Virus record (IMG/VR): IMGVR_UViG_3300009499_000148
Span: 32,001 to 96,000 of that record
Direction: 5' to 3' (one strand)
Source of the DNA: a virus
Length of the DNA stretch: 64,000 nt
Shown here piece after piece: positions 48,426-58,033 of this stretch. The notes under the pieces were generated by a model that searched no databases, was not told where the DNA came from, and was given only the letters and a program-made list of their open reading frames with translations. Every line of letters starts with the position of its first letter. Position 1 is the first letter of the stretch. The translations under genes and the position numbers were made by a program.

Positions 48426-48722
48426 CTAGATAACTGCTTTACCGTAGATAGACGCAGGTCCAATCCACCCGTTTATGCGACCCTTATTATTCGCTATCTG
48501 AAATCTTGTACCGTCAATCGCTTTAACAAGATGCAAATACTGCCTTCCCGCAACCTTACACAGCACTACGTCACCGACAGCGAGCTCTGTGATATTGACT
48601 GGATGAACGACAACTGTCTGACCGTCCTCAACACGACCTGCCATTGACCTTCCCCTCGGAGTGATGACGACGCTTTCACCACCCTGAAGCTTTTCAATCG
48701 CCATTGATGCCCAGCCCGTCAT
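48426..48722 (-). CDS. S24/S26 peptidase-like protein
   Basis: GRSM, GDVVL, YLHLVK. Confidence 0.65.
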   Translation of the reverse strand: MTGWASMAIEKLQGGESVVITPRGRSMAGRVEDGQTVVVHPVNITELAVGDVVLCKVAGRQYLHLVKAIDGTRFQIANNKGRINGWIGPASIYGKAVI

Positions 48723-49318
48723 TTTGACATACCCGCGCCGAAGCGTGAAAATCTGCTGATGACGATGTTTTCACCCGTCTTTTGTACGAGATCTGTCAAA
48801 AGTGTGCCAATCTTTTTGGATTGGTCCTTCACCCACTGTTGGTCAATAAGACATATCTGCGAATACAGTTTCTCCATCTGTCCATCGACAATCTTTGACA
48901 ACATCGACTCAGGTTTACCTGAGATGACAGCCTTCGACAGCAACGCGGCCCTTTCACGCTCAACTACATCTGATGGAATTGAGTTTCTATCAACATATTG
49001 CGGGTCTAATGCAGCAATCTGAAGCATCACCTCATGCATAAAATCCTTGAAATCATCGCTTCTAGCGACAAAATCAGTCTCACAATCGACCTGAAGTAGA
49101 ACACCTATTCTACCCTCACCGTGAATATACGACCCTACACGACCCTCAGATAACTTTCGTTCTCTCTTTGCCTGTGCTCCAATCGAACCAAGCTCTCTTA
49201 GGAGCAAAAGTGCGTTTCCTTGGTCATATCCTGATTTTTCTAGAACGTCCTTACACAGACTCATGCTCACGCCGGTCATTTCACGAAGCGCTTTTATTTG
49301 TTCAATCTTTGTGCTCAT
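48719..49318 (-). CDS. tsf: translation elongation factor Ts (short form)
   Basis: IKALREMTG, EG...SYIH..GRIGVL, CETDFVAR, GENIVISRFSRF. Confidence 0.93.
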   Translation of the reverse strand: MSTKIEQIKALREMTGVSMSLCKDVLEKSGYDQGNALLLLRELGSIGAQAKRERKLSEGRVGSYIHGEGRIGVLLQVDCETDFVARSDDFKDFMHEVMLQIAALDPQYVDRNSIPSDVVERERAALLSKAVISGKPESMLSKIVDGQMEKLYSQICLIDQQWVKDQSKKIGTLLTDLVQKTGENIVISRFSRFGAGMSK

Positions 49319-49326
49319 TTTTTATC

Positions 49327-49773
49327 CTATAGCTGTGAAGCAATCGCAGACCTCAATCTAAAGCTACTCCTATCGAATGGTATCTGCGCCGCGACGTATC
49401 CATTACCTGCAAGGTCTGCGACCATATGCTCAGCATGTCGCACATTCAATGACCAAACGATGACTGGAACATTTTTCCATGACAGTGAAATGTCATTCTG
49501 ACACAGAAGTTTGACAGCATCACTTCCGGTCTTTCCGTCTTTATCGAGAGGCCAGTTTCCGGGTATGTCGACGATGATACCGCCGCCGATAGGGTCATTC
49601 GACCCAAGGTCGTGGTCAAGTATGATTAAAGAGATATCATCAGCAACATTATCACGTAATGCAGCAACGAATGAGCTAACATCCTGACACCAGATTACAT
49701 TAGTGTCAGGAAACGCATCTTTCAACCACTTGATGCGAAAATCAACATCTTCAAGCACTAATATCGATTTCAT
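49327..49773 (-). CDS. cyclic-phosphate-processing receiver-like domain protein
   Basis: ILVLED...R, LDHDLG, TG.D, WSLN. Confidence 0.7.
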   Translation of the reverse strand: MKSILVLEDVDFRIKWLKDAFPDTNVIWCQDVSSFVAALRDNVADDISLIILDHDLGSNDPIGGGIIVDIPGNWPLDKDGKTGSDAVKLLCQNDISLSWKNVPVIVWSLNVRHAEHMVADLAGNGYVAAQIPFDRSSFRLRSAIASQL

Positions 49774-50843
49774 CGAAATTCAAGCCTATTCTGTATGCCA
49801 CATGACTGCTTCATTGCAGACACAAGAAGCTGGTCAATGACAGCATCATCTAAAGTATACAACGGTTGTTTTTTATCATTCACAACGTGTTGCATTCCCA
49901 TGATGTGTGTTGCTATTGCGGCGTCGGCGTCAGACAACGCTGCATCACTGAATTCATTCCACCATGTGATTGTCTGTCCATCGCTGCATTTTCCAACGAT
50001 TTTTTCTGTTGAGCCATGTTCTGTTGAATGTCTTACAACACTCATTCGTTCCGTTTTTCCTGCATTTAAAAACATGACGTCGATGATTTCATAATCATTC
50101 GTTCTGTCAATCATACGTCCCGTGATGATTGTGCCGTCTGAAGAGTATGCTCGCAATGACTGAAGAGAACGAAATGGAGCTGTCTTACATGCGTATGCAA
50201 ACTGATGCATCAACGTTACACCATTCTCAAACGCAATCGTCCCTATCTCCCATGAATCAACGCTGCTGTCGACACGTAGTCCTTCACTGTTCTCGTGCTC
50301 TGCAAGTGGTGCTAGCACCCGATGAGCAAATGCTGATGTCGGTCTGTGTTGTCTTCCGATGTATGTTCTTAGCTGTGCTATTGCGTGGTAATCGTATGAC
50401 CGACAATCATTCTGAACTAGAAACGGTCGTGATACAATACCCGATGCATACACTTTTTCTTTGAACTGCTCTAATGGAAGATAAGGCCACTGCTCAATCA
50501 CGCCGACACTCACACCGTATTTTCGAGCTGACTCAACTAACCGTGGGTCATCTAGAGGCGTCTCACACAAGATTGGAATCCCATGATGCATCGTTGAGCC
50601 GATGACTGCAGACGACGCCGATGCATTAACACAGACCAACAGATAGTCTGGATTTTGTGCCACTAATTCTTCACGTGTCTTAAATGCCTTTATTCCTGTG
50701 GCATCACTAAAGCGTTGTGCTGTTGATTGTGAACGTGTCGTAAATCCAACGACGTCGATAGAGCCAAGCTTTTGTAATTTTTGCAGAATGGGAGCGTAAA
50801 CGTTCGTCATTCTTTTCCCTGCACCGACTAGTCCTATACGCAT
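49770..50843 (-). CDS. Gfo/Idh/MocA family oxidoreductase
   Basis: IGLVGAG, LCETP, DYH. Confidence 0.8.
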   Translation of the reverse strand: MRIGLVGAGKRMTNVYAPILQKLQKLGSIDVVGFTTRSQSTAQRFSDATGIKAFKTREELVAQNPDYLLVCVNASASSAVIGSTMHHGIPILCETPLDDPRLVESARKYGVSVGVIEQWPYLPLEQFKEKVYASGIVSRPFLVQNDCRSYDYHAIAQLRTYIGRQHRPTSAFAHRVLAPLAEHENSEGLRVDSSVDSWEIGTIAFENGVTLMHQFAYACKTAPFRSLQSLRAYSSDGTIITGRMIDRTNDYEIIDVMFLNAGKTERMSVVRHSTEHGSTEKIVGKCSDGQTITWWNEFSDAALSDADAAIATHIMGMQHVVNDKKQPLYTLDDAVIDQLLVSAMKQSCGIQNRLEFR

Positions 50844-51538
50844 TTTAGAACCTCATTCTCATATAACTCAACCTGCTCTTTATGAACGTTGATGTCAGAC
50901 AACGACCTTTCATACTGATGACGTCTTAAAAATGAATAGATGATTCTTATAGACCCATCCTGATGTGAATCTGGGATGACGCCATGCAACATGCTTGTGT
51001 TGAATATCACGAATGAATCATCTGATGATAGATAGTCCTTTCTCGGCATGCCACTGCAACCATTCATATCATCACTAAGAGAATCAAAGTTCCTTCGATG
51101 AGAGCCGACAATCATCTTAAGCTTTCTCTCTGGCTGTCGTCCCAACGTTGGGTAATAGATGAGCTTATGTGCAGGAGGAAAATTGCCAACAGGCTTTAGA
51201 CCCGTATGGATGTATGTGTCCCTGTGCCAATCCATGTAGCTCGGCCCTGGTCTAGAGCATCTTATCTGTGTATGCGTTAACACCATGTCTGGTCCGAGAA
51301 GTTCATCTAACAGTTTAGGGATATTGTTGATGCGGAGCGTCCCTAAAATGACTGCATCGTATGAGTGTGCATCAGGCCTCAGGTCAAGCGTGTTCTGGTA
51401 CTTAGACTCCCATGTGTATGGATGCTTTAGAGATTGTGCTGAGTGTAGGTCTGTCAGCAGTGCTCTAAGTGGAGCACAGTCAACAAATTTTTTTTCGACG
51501 CAACCTGCAATTGCATACGTCGTCTCTAATGATGTCAT
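50834..51538 (-). CDS. Fe(II)/2OG dioxygenase (PhyH-like)
   Basis: WHRD, GSH, MLHG, R. Confidence 0.8.
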   Translation of the reverse strand: MTSLETTYAIAGCVEKKFVDCAPLRALLTDLHSAQSLKHPYTWESKYQNTLDLRPDAHSYDAVILGTLRINNIPKLLDELLGPDMVLTHTQIRCSRPGPSYMDWHRDTYIHTGLKPVGNFPPAHKLIYYPTLGRQPERKLKMIVGSHRRNFDSLSDDMNGCSGMPRKDYLSSDDSFVIFNTSMLHGVIPDSHQDGSIRIIYSFLRRHQYERSLSDINVHKEQVELYENEVLKCV

Positions 51539-51846
51539 AGTCTTTCTGATGCATCCCTTGCGTCATCATACGTCGTGCCGATTGCGCTGTAAATGTCATT
51601 TGGATGATAGCCCTTCACCCAGTAGAGCCCAGAACTTATGTGATACACCTCAGCAAGAAAGTGATGATGTGCACACACAGATACACCATTTTCGACTGCG
51701 TATCCATCATTCGGCATATCATGTCTGTCAGTTATATGGTGTGCGTCGACAGCAGGGAGCACACAAAAAACGCAACGATGTCCATCACGTTTAAAAACGC
51801 CATCTCGAAATAAGACACGAAGCTTCTTAGCCCGAGACTTGTCCAT
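51535..51846 (-). CDS. small HNH-type nuclease
   Basis: RD..RCVFC, DAHHI, NGVSVCAHHH. Confidence 0.75.
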   Translation of the reverse strand: MDKSRAKKLRVLFRDGVFKRDGHRCVFCVLPAVDAHHITDRHDMPNDGYAVENGVSVCAHHHFLAEVYHISSGLYWVKGYHPNDIYSAIGTTYDDARDASERL

Positions 51847-52414
51847 TTGCTAACCTCAAAAACGTACCATTGACAATCGATGAACCCTTCACAAAGAGTT
51901 CATCAAGGTGCTTCCACATCTCAGCCTCAATAACACCCTCACCAGAGCATCTACCGCGTAATTCTGCCTTGAACGTGTCCCATTCTCGTGAATACATTGA
52001 AAATGAACCAGCACTTTGTACAGACGTCAATGACCTCACTGACTCTCCAACATTAGCAATCCTGTCAGCTAGTTTCACCGTTATTGCGTCTGGCGTTGCC
52101 CTGATTTTTGGGTATGTCAGCTCTTGACGTTGCTTGCGTGTTGGTGCAACATGATATGAGACAGCTCCGACTATATCAGCGACATAATCACCGAATGCAG
52201 AACGAACATCATCAATCGATGTCTCAGTGTCTTCAACAACATCATGCAACCATGAAGCGTCTAGAAGACCCTGTGATAGCTTACTTCCCGCAAAACATCT
52301 CATTGTATACACGGTATCGAAAAGATGAAATTGATAAGGCTTATCACCGTACTTTTGTTCGCCGTGTTTTTCAATTGCGAACCGAGCCGCAGCGCCAACC
52401 AAAATAAGCGTCAT
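51827..52414 (-). CDS. HD-domain hydrolase, RelA/SpoT/Mesh1-like
   Basis: HGEQ...PY..H, WLHDVVEDT, VKLADRIAN. Confidence 0.85.
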   Translation of the reverse strand: MTLILVGAAARFAIEKHGEQKYGDKPYQFHLFDTVYTMRCFAGSKLSQGLLDASWLHDVVEDTETSIDDVRSAFGDYVADIVGAVSYHVAPTRKQRQELTYPKIRATPDAITVKLADRIANVGESVRSLTSVQSAGSFSMYSREWDTFKAELRGRCSGEGVIEAEMWKHLDELFVKGSSIVNGTFLRLANGQVSG

Positions 52415-52431
52415 GAATCATTGTATAATGA

Positions 52432-53460
52432 TTACTGTGTCGTATTCAAAGCTACACACGTTGTATACAGTTCGTGTAGCAACTTCATCGACCCAACTGC
52501 AGCATCATACAACCCACGAGGAATGCATGCACCATCGCTGACATATGAAATGAACTTCATGACAGACAGCTGTAATGCGCGCTCATATTCAATCTCAGCA
52601 TCATATGTGCATCTTTCGACGATGGGTGCTTGTATGAAGTAGCCCCTGTCATCAAATGTTCTTCTACCACACCTGACAATGAGCTCATTATCACGTATTG
52701 AAAAAATGCCATTCGTTCCAACCACATTCATTTCAAACATGAATGGTGTTGCGTATGATACGAGAATGTTCGTTCGTCTGATTCGTGGTGTAATGATAGA
52801 TGCATTAGAATGAACGATGTTGATGTCTGCAGTGTCGTATGCAGTGCCCGTGGGTGCCATCTTCAACGGCAACATCGTTGCATGTGCTGTGTCATGACCG
52901 AGTGATGTCCATATCATCATCGCACGCTCAATGAAATGAATACCGAGTGTCTCAACAACGCCAAGAGCATGCCTAGTGCCGTCAGACCTCCATGATGTTG
53001 TCCATTCATCTTCAAGCGCGAGACCGTGTCCAGCCTTAAATGAGATTGAAATTATGTCTCCAAGCGAATTAGAGCTGATTAGCTCGTCTAACATAGTGAA
53101 TGACTTAGCATGAGCATACTGAAAATTGAAGTATATGTGTGTGCTATCATCATCGAACAATGCACATAGTTCATCGATTTCATCATGAGAAACTGGCGGC
53201 TTTTCACAGAAGATGTACCCGTTGTACAGCATCTGTCTCAATTTTGTGAGATATGACAGGTGTGTATCATTCGGTGATGCAATGATGATTGCATCACATC
53301 CAATCATATCTTTAAACTCTTGAGTGCATCTAGAGTCATCGATTTTTTTATTGGGGTGATATAGGTGCGTTACATTGGCAATGGGTTCTATGATGTCCCT
53401 GAGCCTCTGTGCATGTCCTGTCAGGCCTATGATGCCGACAGACGGTTTATCTGATGACAT
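52432..53460 (-). CDS. Gfo/Idh/MocA family oxidoreductase
   Basis: IIGLTG, IASPNDTH, FCEKP, SWR, GIH. Confidence 0.85.
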   Translation of the reverse strand: MSSDKPSVGIIGLTGHAQRLRDIIEPIANVTHLYHPNKKIDDSRCTQEFKDMIGCDAIIIASPNDTHLSYLTKLRQMLYNGYIFCEKPPVSHDEIDELCALFDDDSTHIYFNFQYAHAKSFTMLDELISSNSLGDIISISFKAGHGLALEDEWTTSWRSDGTRHALGVVETLGIHFIERAMMIWTSLGHDTAHATMLPLKMAPTGTAYDTADINIVHSNASIITPRIRRTNILVSYATPFMFEMNVVGTNGIFSIRDNELIVRCGRRTFDDRGYFIQAPIVERCTYDAEIEYERALQLSVMKFISYVSDGACIPRGLYDAAVGSMKLLHELYTTCVALNTTQ

Positions 53461-53691
53461 GTTGAACATCATGGGTGTAAGCAATGTACCCGCCTCTCTT
53501 GAACTTCGGCGCGCTCCTGTAATTAAACGTAGCATGATGCCCAGACAACTTACCTGCGACGTAAAAATGTCTTCGTCGAATTATTCTTCGTGGTGTTAAA
53601 GCACCGCCGACGACAATCATACCAAGAACTCGTGCTTCACATGATTTGTCTGTTTCAAACTGCTTCCCAATGATTCTCGCCGTGATACGTT

Positions 53692-53958
53692 TCATGATAT
53701 GCACTTTAGATGTCTTTTTAATGGATTAATCCTAAAACGTGAAGACAGTCCATGCCTTTCATATTCAACGCTAACAACGATATATACTCCAGAATAATAG
53801 ACGACTCGAGACACCTTACGTGTGTAGCTCCCACGCCCGGTGATGCATGTCCTGACATCAAGCTTTCGTGTGCGTCTAAGCTGACGACGCCTTCCAAGTT
53901 TATGAATCTCATCATAACTTATGATATCATCACTGATGTTACGCACATTAAACTTCAT
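53692..53958 (-). CDS. hypothetical basic protein
   Basis: Starts immediately after the radical SAM stop. Confidence 0.4.
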   Translation of the reverse strand: MKFNVRNISDDIISYDEIHKLGRRRQLRRTRKLDVRTCITGRGSYTRKVSRVVYYSGVYIVVSVEYERHGLSSRFRINPLKRHLKCIS

Positions 53959-55098
53959 TTACGAAACACCACACCTATCACATGGATTAAAGTTAGCACG
54001 GGTACCTCGTAGGTGCGCTTCTCTAAGGCGTCTATACATCCCTCCATGCCATGCATCTTTTATTGACATTGTCATTGCGTTTCCCATCGTAAGACGCGAC
54101 CTGTAATCAACATCACACGGATTCATCACACCGTCCCACCAAATGTACATTCTTTCAAAAAGATATGCACATGGCTTCGTCATCTCTGGGTGCTGTGTGT
54201 TGTTGTATGTATCCCATCTCTCCTCAGCGTCTGTCATTGCGACAGTATCGACGATACCCGACCAAAGCTCGAAGAATGCTTTTTCATCCTGCTCTGTCGT
54301 CAATAGCGCTGGATTTTTCAATCGAACGCCCGCAACACGTACCTCCGTCCTACTATTTGGGTAGTGCTCTTTTTTGATTCGCATGAATTCTTTGACGTTG
54401 TTCAGCACTGTCTCAAAATCACCCCTGACACGTATCTTTGCATATTGTTCTGCATCTGCGCTATCGATTGAGATGACGACAATGCTAACGTTGGCCTTGA
54501 GTATTGCATGTGCCACGTCTGATGTGAGACGCGTTCCATTCGTGTTGAGTTTAATATCAAAAAATGCATCCTTTGATGCAGCGTACGCTAGCATATCACT
54601 GATTCTTGGGTGGAGCAACGGCTCACCTCGTGATGCTAACGTTACTGCCCTTGTTCCACCAGCAGCAGCCTCATCGATGAGCCTTGTGTAGAGGTCATAG
54701 TCCATGTATCCCATGTATCCAGACGACTTTTTATTGAATTGCGTATCGACCTGAAAACACATCACGCATCGAAGATTACATGCAGACGCAGGTTCAATCA
54801 AAAGATATACAGGAAAATCAGACACAATCTTTTGCTGTGGGTATATGCTCATCTTGTATCGATAGACGAGATACGGCACTATACGTGCAGGCTCACATTG
54901 GCTGATGAAGTGCTGTTCCTGCGGGCCCCACTCAAAAGGAAGTTCATCACATGCATCTAGGCTGAGCGCGATGTGGTCGGCGATGCGTGCGTCCTCATCA
55001 TTTAGTCCAGCCGGCGTCAATTCACGAACGCTCTTTGCAGATATACCATCATGACCCTTTGTCGGAGTTAAAAATCGATAAAATTCATTCTTTCTCAT
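53959..55098 (-). CDS. radical SAM/SPASM protein
   Basis: CNLRCVMC, GEPLLHP, NTNG, C...W.G...PCDVD...GN...CDRC. Confidence 0.9.
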   Translation of the reverse strand: MRKNEFYRFLTPTKGHDGISAKSVRELTPAGLNDEDARIADHIALSLDACDELPFEWGPQEQHFISQCEPARIVPYLVYRYKMSIYPQQKIVSDFPVYLLIEPASACNLRCVMCFQVDTQFNKKSSGYMGYMDYDLYTRLIDEAAAGGTRAVTLASRGEPLLHPRISDMLAYAASKDAFFDIKLNTNGTRLTSDVAHAILKANVSIVVISIDSADAEQYAKIRVRGDFETVLNNVKEFMRIKKEHYPNSRTEVRVAGVRLKNPALLTTEQDEKAFFELWSGIVDTVAMTDAEERWDTYNNTQHPEMTKPCAYLFERMYIWWDGVMNPCDVDYRSRLTMGNAMTMSIKDAWHGGMYRRLREAHLRGTRANFNPCDRCGVS

Positions 55099-55405
55099 GT
55101 GCTTCACTTTCATGTCGTTGTTTATCTTCGCACCAAATCTCACACAACTCGCACCATTCATCCTGAGGCCACAATTTCCATGCGATGAACTCACACAACC
55201 ACATGTAGCGATGCTTAATAAAATGAATGTCGATAAAATCGAGTGATTTCGCTAATAACAGCCTCATGCTACGAATGGGTCGCCTGATGTTCATCAATCA
55301 CTCCGCATCAACTCAAACGTTATACTATAACAGCGGATGTATCACACAAAAAACGCTGACATAATATACATCATATAACGTCGAATGACGTTTTTTCATT
55401 GCTTA

Positions 55406-55476
55406 AGCTGATGTCGTGAATCGAACACGAATCACTTTCTTACCAAGAAAGTACTCTACCGTTGAGATACATCAGC
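55406..55476 (-). tRNA. tRNA-Thr(GGT)
   Basis: Cloverleaf; CTTTC-TTGGTAA-GAAAG. Confidence 0.85.
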
Positions 55477-55479
55477 GCG

Positions 55480-56034
55480 TCATTTTGATAACATTGTGAT
55501 GGCTGCATCAACGTTCGATGATGCAAATTCACGAGCATCTGCTTCATGAGGAGCGTCCCAATAACCGTATCTGCGCTCCCAAAAAGTGCATATGTCGTCC
55601 CAGCTTGTCTCATAAAGTGCAATCGGGTCATCGGTGATTGACGGCGGTAGCTTCTTACTCTTGACAAACTCACTTCTAAATGACATATCGTTGTCCCAGC
55701 TCATGCGCTGGTTGTAGTGCTGAATTTCGTGAAGAACATCCTCGATGCGCTCACGCATCGAAACATCTGGGTCATCGTTCAACATCAGCTCAGGATGAAC
55801 GTACAGCGCTCCGAGCTGTGAGACATCACGATGAAACCCGCCCGTGGTTCGCAGTCTTTTTCCAGAGAACGCCGAGGTGAATGAGCCTCCCACGTGCTTA
55901 AGCTTCGGAGACCAGCGCCCCTGTGCAAATGCACGTATAAGCTTTTTTACGTCAGCATCAGTCAGGCGTCTGTTATCATCATGACCATCTTCTTCTTTTA
56001 GAAGCTTAATAAGCTCAAGCAGCTTTTTCACCAT
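55480..56034 (-). CDS. zincin-like HExxH protein
   Basis: LHEIQHYNQ...PHEADAR. Confidence 0.65.
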   Translation of the reverse strand: MVKKLLELIKLLKEEDGHDDNRRLTDADVKKLIRAFAQGRWSPKLKHVGGSFTSAFSGKRLRTTGGFHRDVSQLGALYVHPELMLNDDPDVSMRERIEDVLHEIQHYNQRMSWDNDMSFRSEFVKSKKLPPSITDDPIALYETSWDDICTFWERRYGYWDAPHEADAREFASSNVDAAITMLSK

Positions 56035-56042
56035 GATAGATA

Positions 56043-56119
56043 CACCCCCGACAGGAGTCGAACCTGTATGTGTCCAATTAGCCTTTCAAGCGAGTAGAAA
56101 TCGCAGGGCATACGAGGGT
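56043..56119 (-). ncRNA. non-canonical tRNA-like RNA, TCT (Arg) loop, no conventional D arm
   Basis: ACCCTCG/CGGGGGT acceptor, canonical T arm, GCGA-TTTCTAC-TCGC hairpin. Confidence 0.6.
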
Positions 56120-56123
56120 TCAA

Positions 56124-56195
56124 AGCTCACGCCGGGAATTGAACCCGGGCCAACTGCTTACGAAACAGTCGTTCTACCGTCTAAACTACATGAGC
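56124..56195 (-). tRNA. tRNA-Thr(CGT)
   Basis: ACTGT-TTCGTAA-GCAGT. Confidence 0.88.
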
Positions 56196-56453
56196 ATCAT
56201 ATTATCATGCTGCGCTGACTTATGATTTTGTGTTTGCTGATACCAGCGCACTGCTTTTCTAAGAAAGAATGTTGTGAAATGTATGTATGAGTTTTTAATC
56301 GAAATACACATGTGGGCCGTGATATGACCATCAGTCTAACTGAGCCGCACGAAAGCCTGTATATCGATTGCTCTTTATTGTTAAAAACGCATGCTGATAT
56401 GAATTTTCTTCCTCGCTTGAGGATGCGACAGTCCATCATCATTCCATTAAGTT

Positions 56454-56813
56454 TCACGAGATTTTTCCATTTTCGTCTTTCAGTCGAAGGTGCGAACCGT
56501 ATAGCTTAAGAGAGCCGAAGAACTCAGGCCATTTTTCGCGTGGTTTGAACCCGATTGCAACCTCAACATCATCGATTGCATCCTCTGTCATGATAAGAAA
56601 GTCTCCGTACTTTTTAGACTTTTCAAACTGTTCGTCTGATACGATACACGTCACCTTTCTAAAGTGCTTACTCTGTACCCATTCCTGCATGACTGGGTCA
56701 TCCTTGAACTTTAAAAACGTAGCAAGGCTTGTGTGTCCGATTGCATTTGCACCCAGTCCTATCGGAATAGAACTTTTGACGAGGATGTACATCTTAAGCT
56801 TCTGTTCTGACAC
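56454..56813 (-). CDS. peptidyl-tRNA hydrolase Pth2-like protein
   Basis: KMYILV, G...N.IGH, W....FRKVTC, AIGFKPR, LKLY. Confidence 0.7.
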   Translation of the reverse strand: MSEQKLKMYILVKSSIPIGLGANAIGHTSLATFLKFKDDPVMQEWVQSKHFRKVTCIVSDEQFEKSKKYGDFLIMTEDAIDDVEVAIGFKPREKWPEFFGSLKLYGSHLRLKDENGKIS

Positions 56814-56866
56814 AAATGTTCCTTTATTCTTCGGTAAAAAATCCGTCCAATCATCACCCTACATCA

Positions 56867-57085
56867 CTACCTCCAAAATAGCTCCCACTCTTTTTTATCA
56901 ACCTTATCTGCGAGCTTACAATATTTTTTTAGAATCCGTGTGTATTGTCGCCCTGGATTAGTGCTTTCATTGAACCAATGCTTTGGATACCTTTTTTTGA
57001 TATCTTCAAGCTTGATTTCAAGCTTATCAAGCCTTGCAAACATTGTGTTCAATCGCATAATCTCTATTGTGCGATATTTTGCCAT
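56867..57085 (-). CDS. hypothetical protein
   Basis: Small basic ORF ending TAG TGA. Confidence 0.45.
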   Translation of the reverse strand: MAKYRTIEIMRLNTMFARLDKLEIKLEDIKKRYPKHWFNESTNPGRQYTRILKKYCKLADKVDKKEWELFWR

Positions 57086-57089
57086 ACAA

Positions 57090-57176
57090 CGGAGTGTGAG
57101 AGATTCGAACTCCCGATACCCTTTCGGGTATGGCGGTTTTCAAAACCGCTGCCTTCAGCCACTCGGCCAACACTCC
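57090..57176 (-). tRNA. tRNA-Ser(TGA)
   Basis: Long variable arm; GCGGT-TTTGAAA-ACCGC. Confidence 0.92.
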
Positions 57177-57182
57177 AACAAA

Positions 57183-57254
57183 TCGCGGGTTTGCGACTTG
57201 AACGCAAAACTACGGATTATGAGTCCGTTAAGATACCAATTTCTCCAACCCGCA
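57183..57254 (-). tRNA. tRNA-Met(CAT), initiator-like acceptor
   Basis: ACGGA-CTCATAA-TCCGT; U1-G72. Confidence 0.8.
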
Positions 57255-57311
57255 ATGTTTAATGATAATACCATTCAACATATGATGTTTTCAACACCAT
57301 CGCTACAAACA

Positions 57312-57383
57312 TTCGAGCGGAGGGTAGCGCGCCCCCTTTTCACGGTTATCAGCCGTGCGTTATAACTTCTCTACTACGCTCGA
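57312..57383 (-). tRNA. tRNA-Ile(GAT), atypical T loop
   Basis: CACGG-CTGATAA-CCGTG. Confidence 0.72.
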
Positions 57384-57400
57384 ATAATAAGACAATTGAT

Positions 57401-57438
57401 AAAACAATCCACCGGATGTCGCCACCCGATGGATTGTT
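57401..57438 (-). terminator. intrinsic terminator-like hairpin inside the tRNA array
   Basis: AACAATCCATCGG...CCGGTGGATTGTT followed by TT. Confidence 0.55.
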
Positions 57439-57471
57439 CAATGGTCGTCGATTTGATGTCGTTTCTACTGA

Positions 57472-57909
57472 TTAGGCTGAGCCAGCAGCAATCGTAATTG
57501 AGCCTGAGCCACCGAGGATGCACCAGTTTGCGCCGTCAGACATCAGACAGACTGACGAACCAGCAATCGCAGGAAACGTGATAGAGCTTCCATGGCTACC
57601 CGTGATGTTTCCAGCAGGGTTGCTGTATCTCTCAACAATCGTGTTGCCAGCATCACCAGATGACGTGATTACGTGTGCGCTTGGTGATGTTGAGCGAAAG
57701 ATGAACATGCTTCCAGGTGATGTTGAGACTGCCGGTAGCGTCATCGTCAGCACACCCTGTGATGCAGAGATAACCGTGACACCAGCATCATTACCACCCA
57801 ATGTCGCTGACGCAGTGCGTGTGTTTGATTGCACGGCAGAGATTGAACCCTCGAAGCCGCTTCCAGGAACTATGATTACGCCTTGGTCTGTGATACGTGT
57901 TTTAACCAT
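57472..57909 (-). CDS. Gly/Ser/Thr-rich beta protein, possibly virion-associated
   Basis: TMTLPA...G..F.F, L.SDG.NW pattern. Confidence 0.55.
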   Translation of the reverse strand: MVKTRITDQGVIIVPGSGFEGSISAVQSNTRTASATLGGNDAGVTVISASQGVLTMTLPAVSTSPGSMFIFRSTSPSAHVITSSGDAGNTIVERYSNPAGNITGSHGSSITFPAIAGSSVCLMSDGANWCILGGSGSITIAAGSA

Positions 57910-57955
57910 GAGCATAAGTATCGTTGCTTTTCGGAAAACACGCTGAAATATGCAA

Positions 57956-58029
57956 AGATGTCGGTTGGACTCGCACCAACTATGACGGCATTTGCAGTGC
58001 CGTGACTCGTCTGCTTCATCTTCGACACC
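57956..58029 (-). tRNA. tRNA-Cys(GCA)
   Basis: CGGCA-CTGCAAA-TGCCG; U73. Confidence 0.8.
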
Positions 58030-58033
58030 ATGA

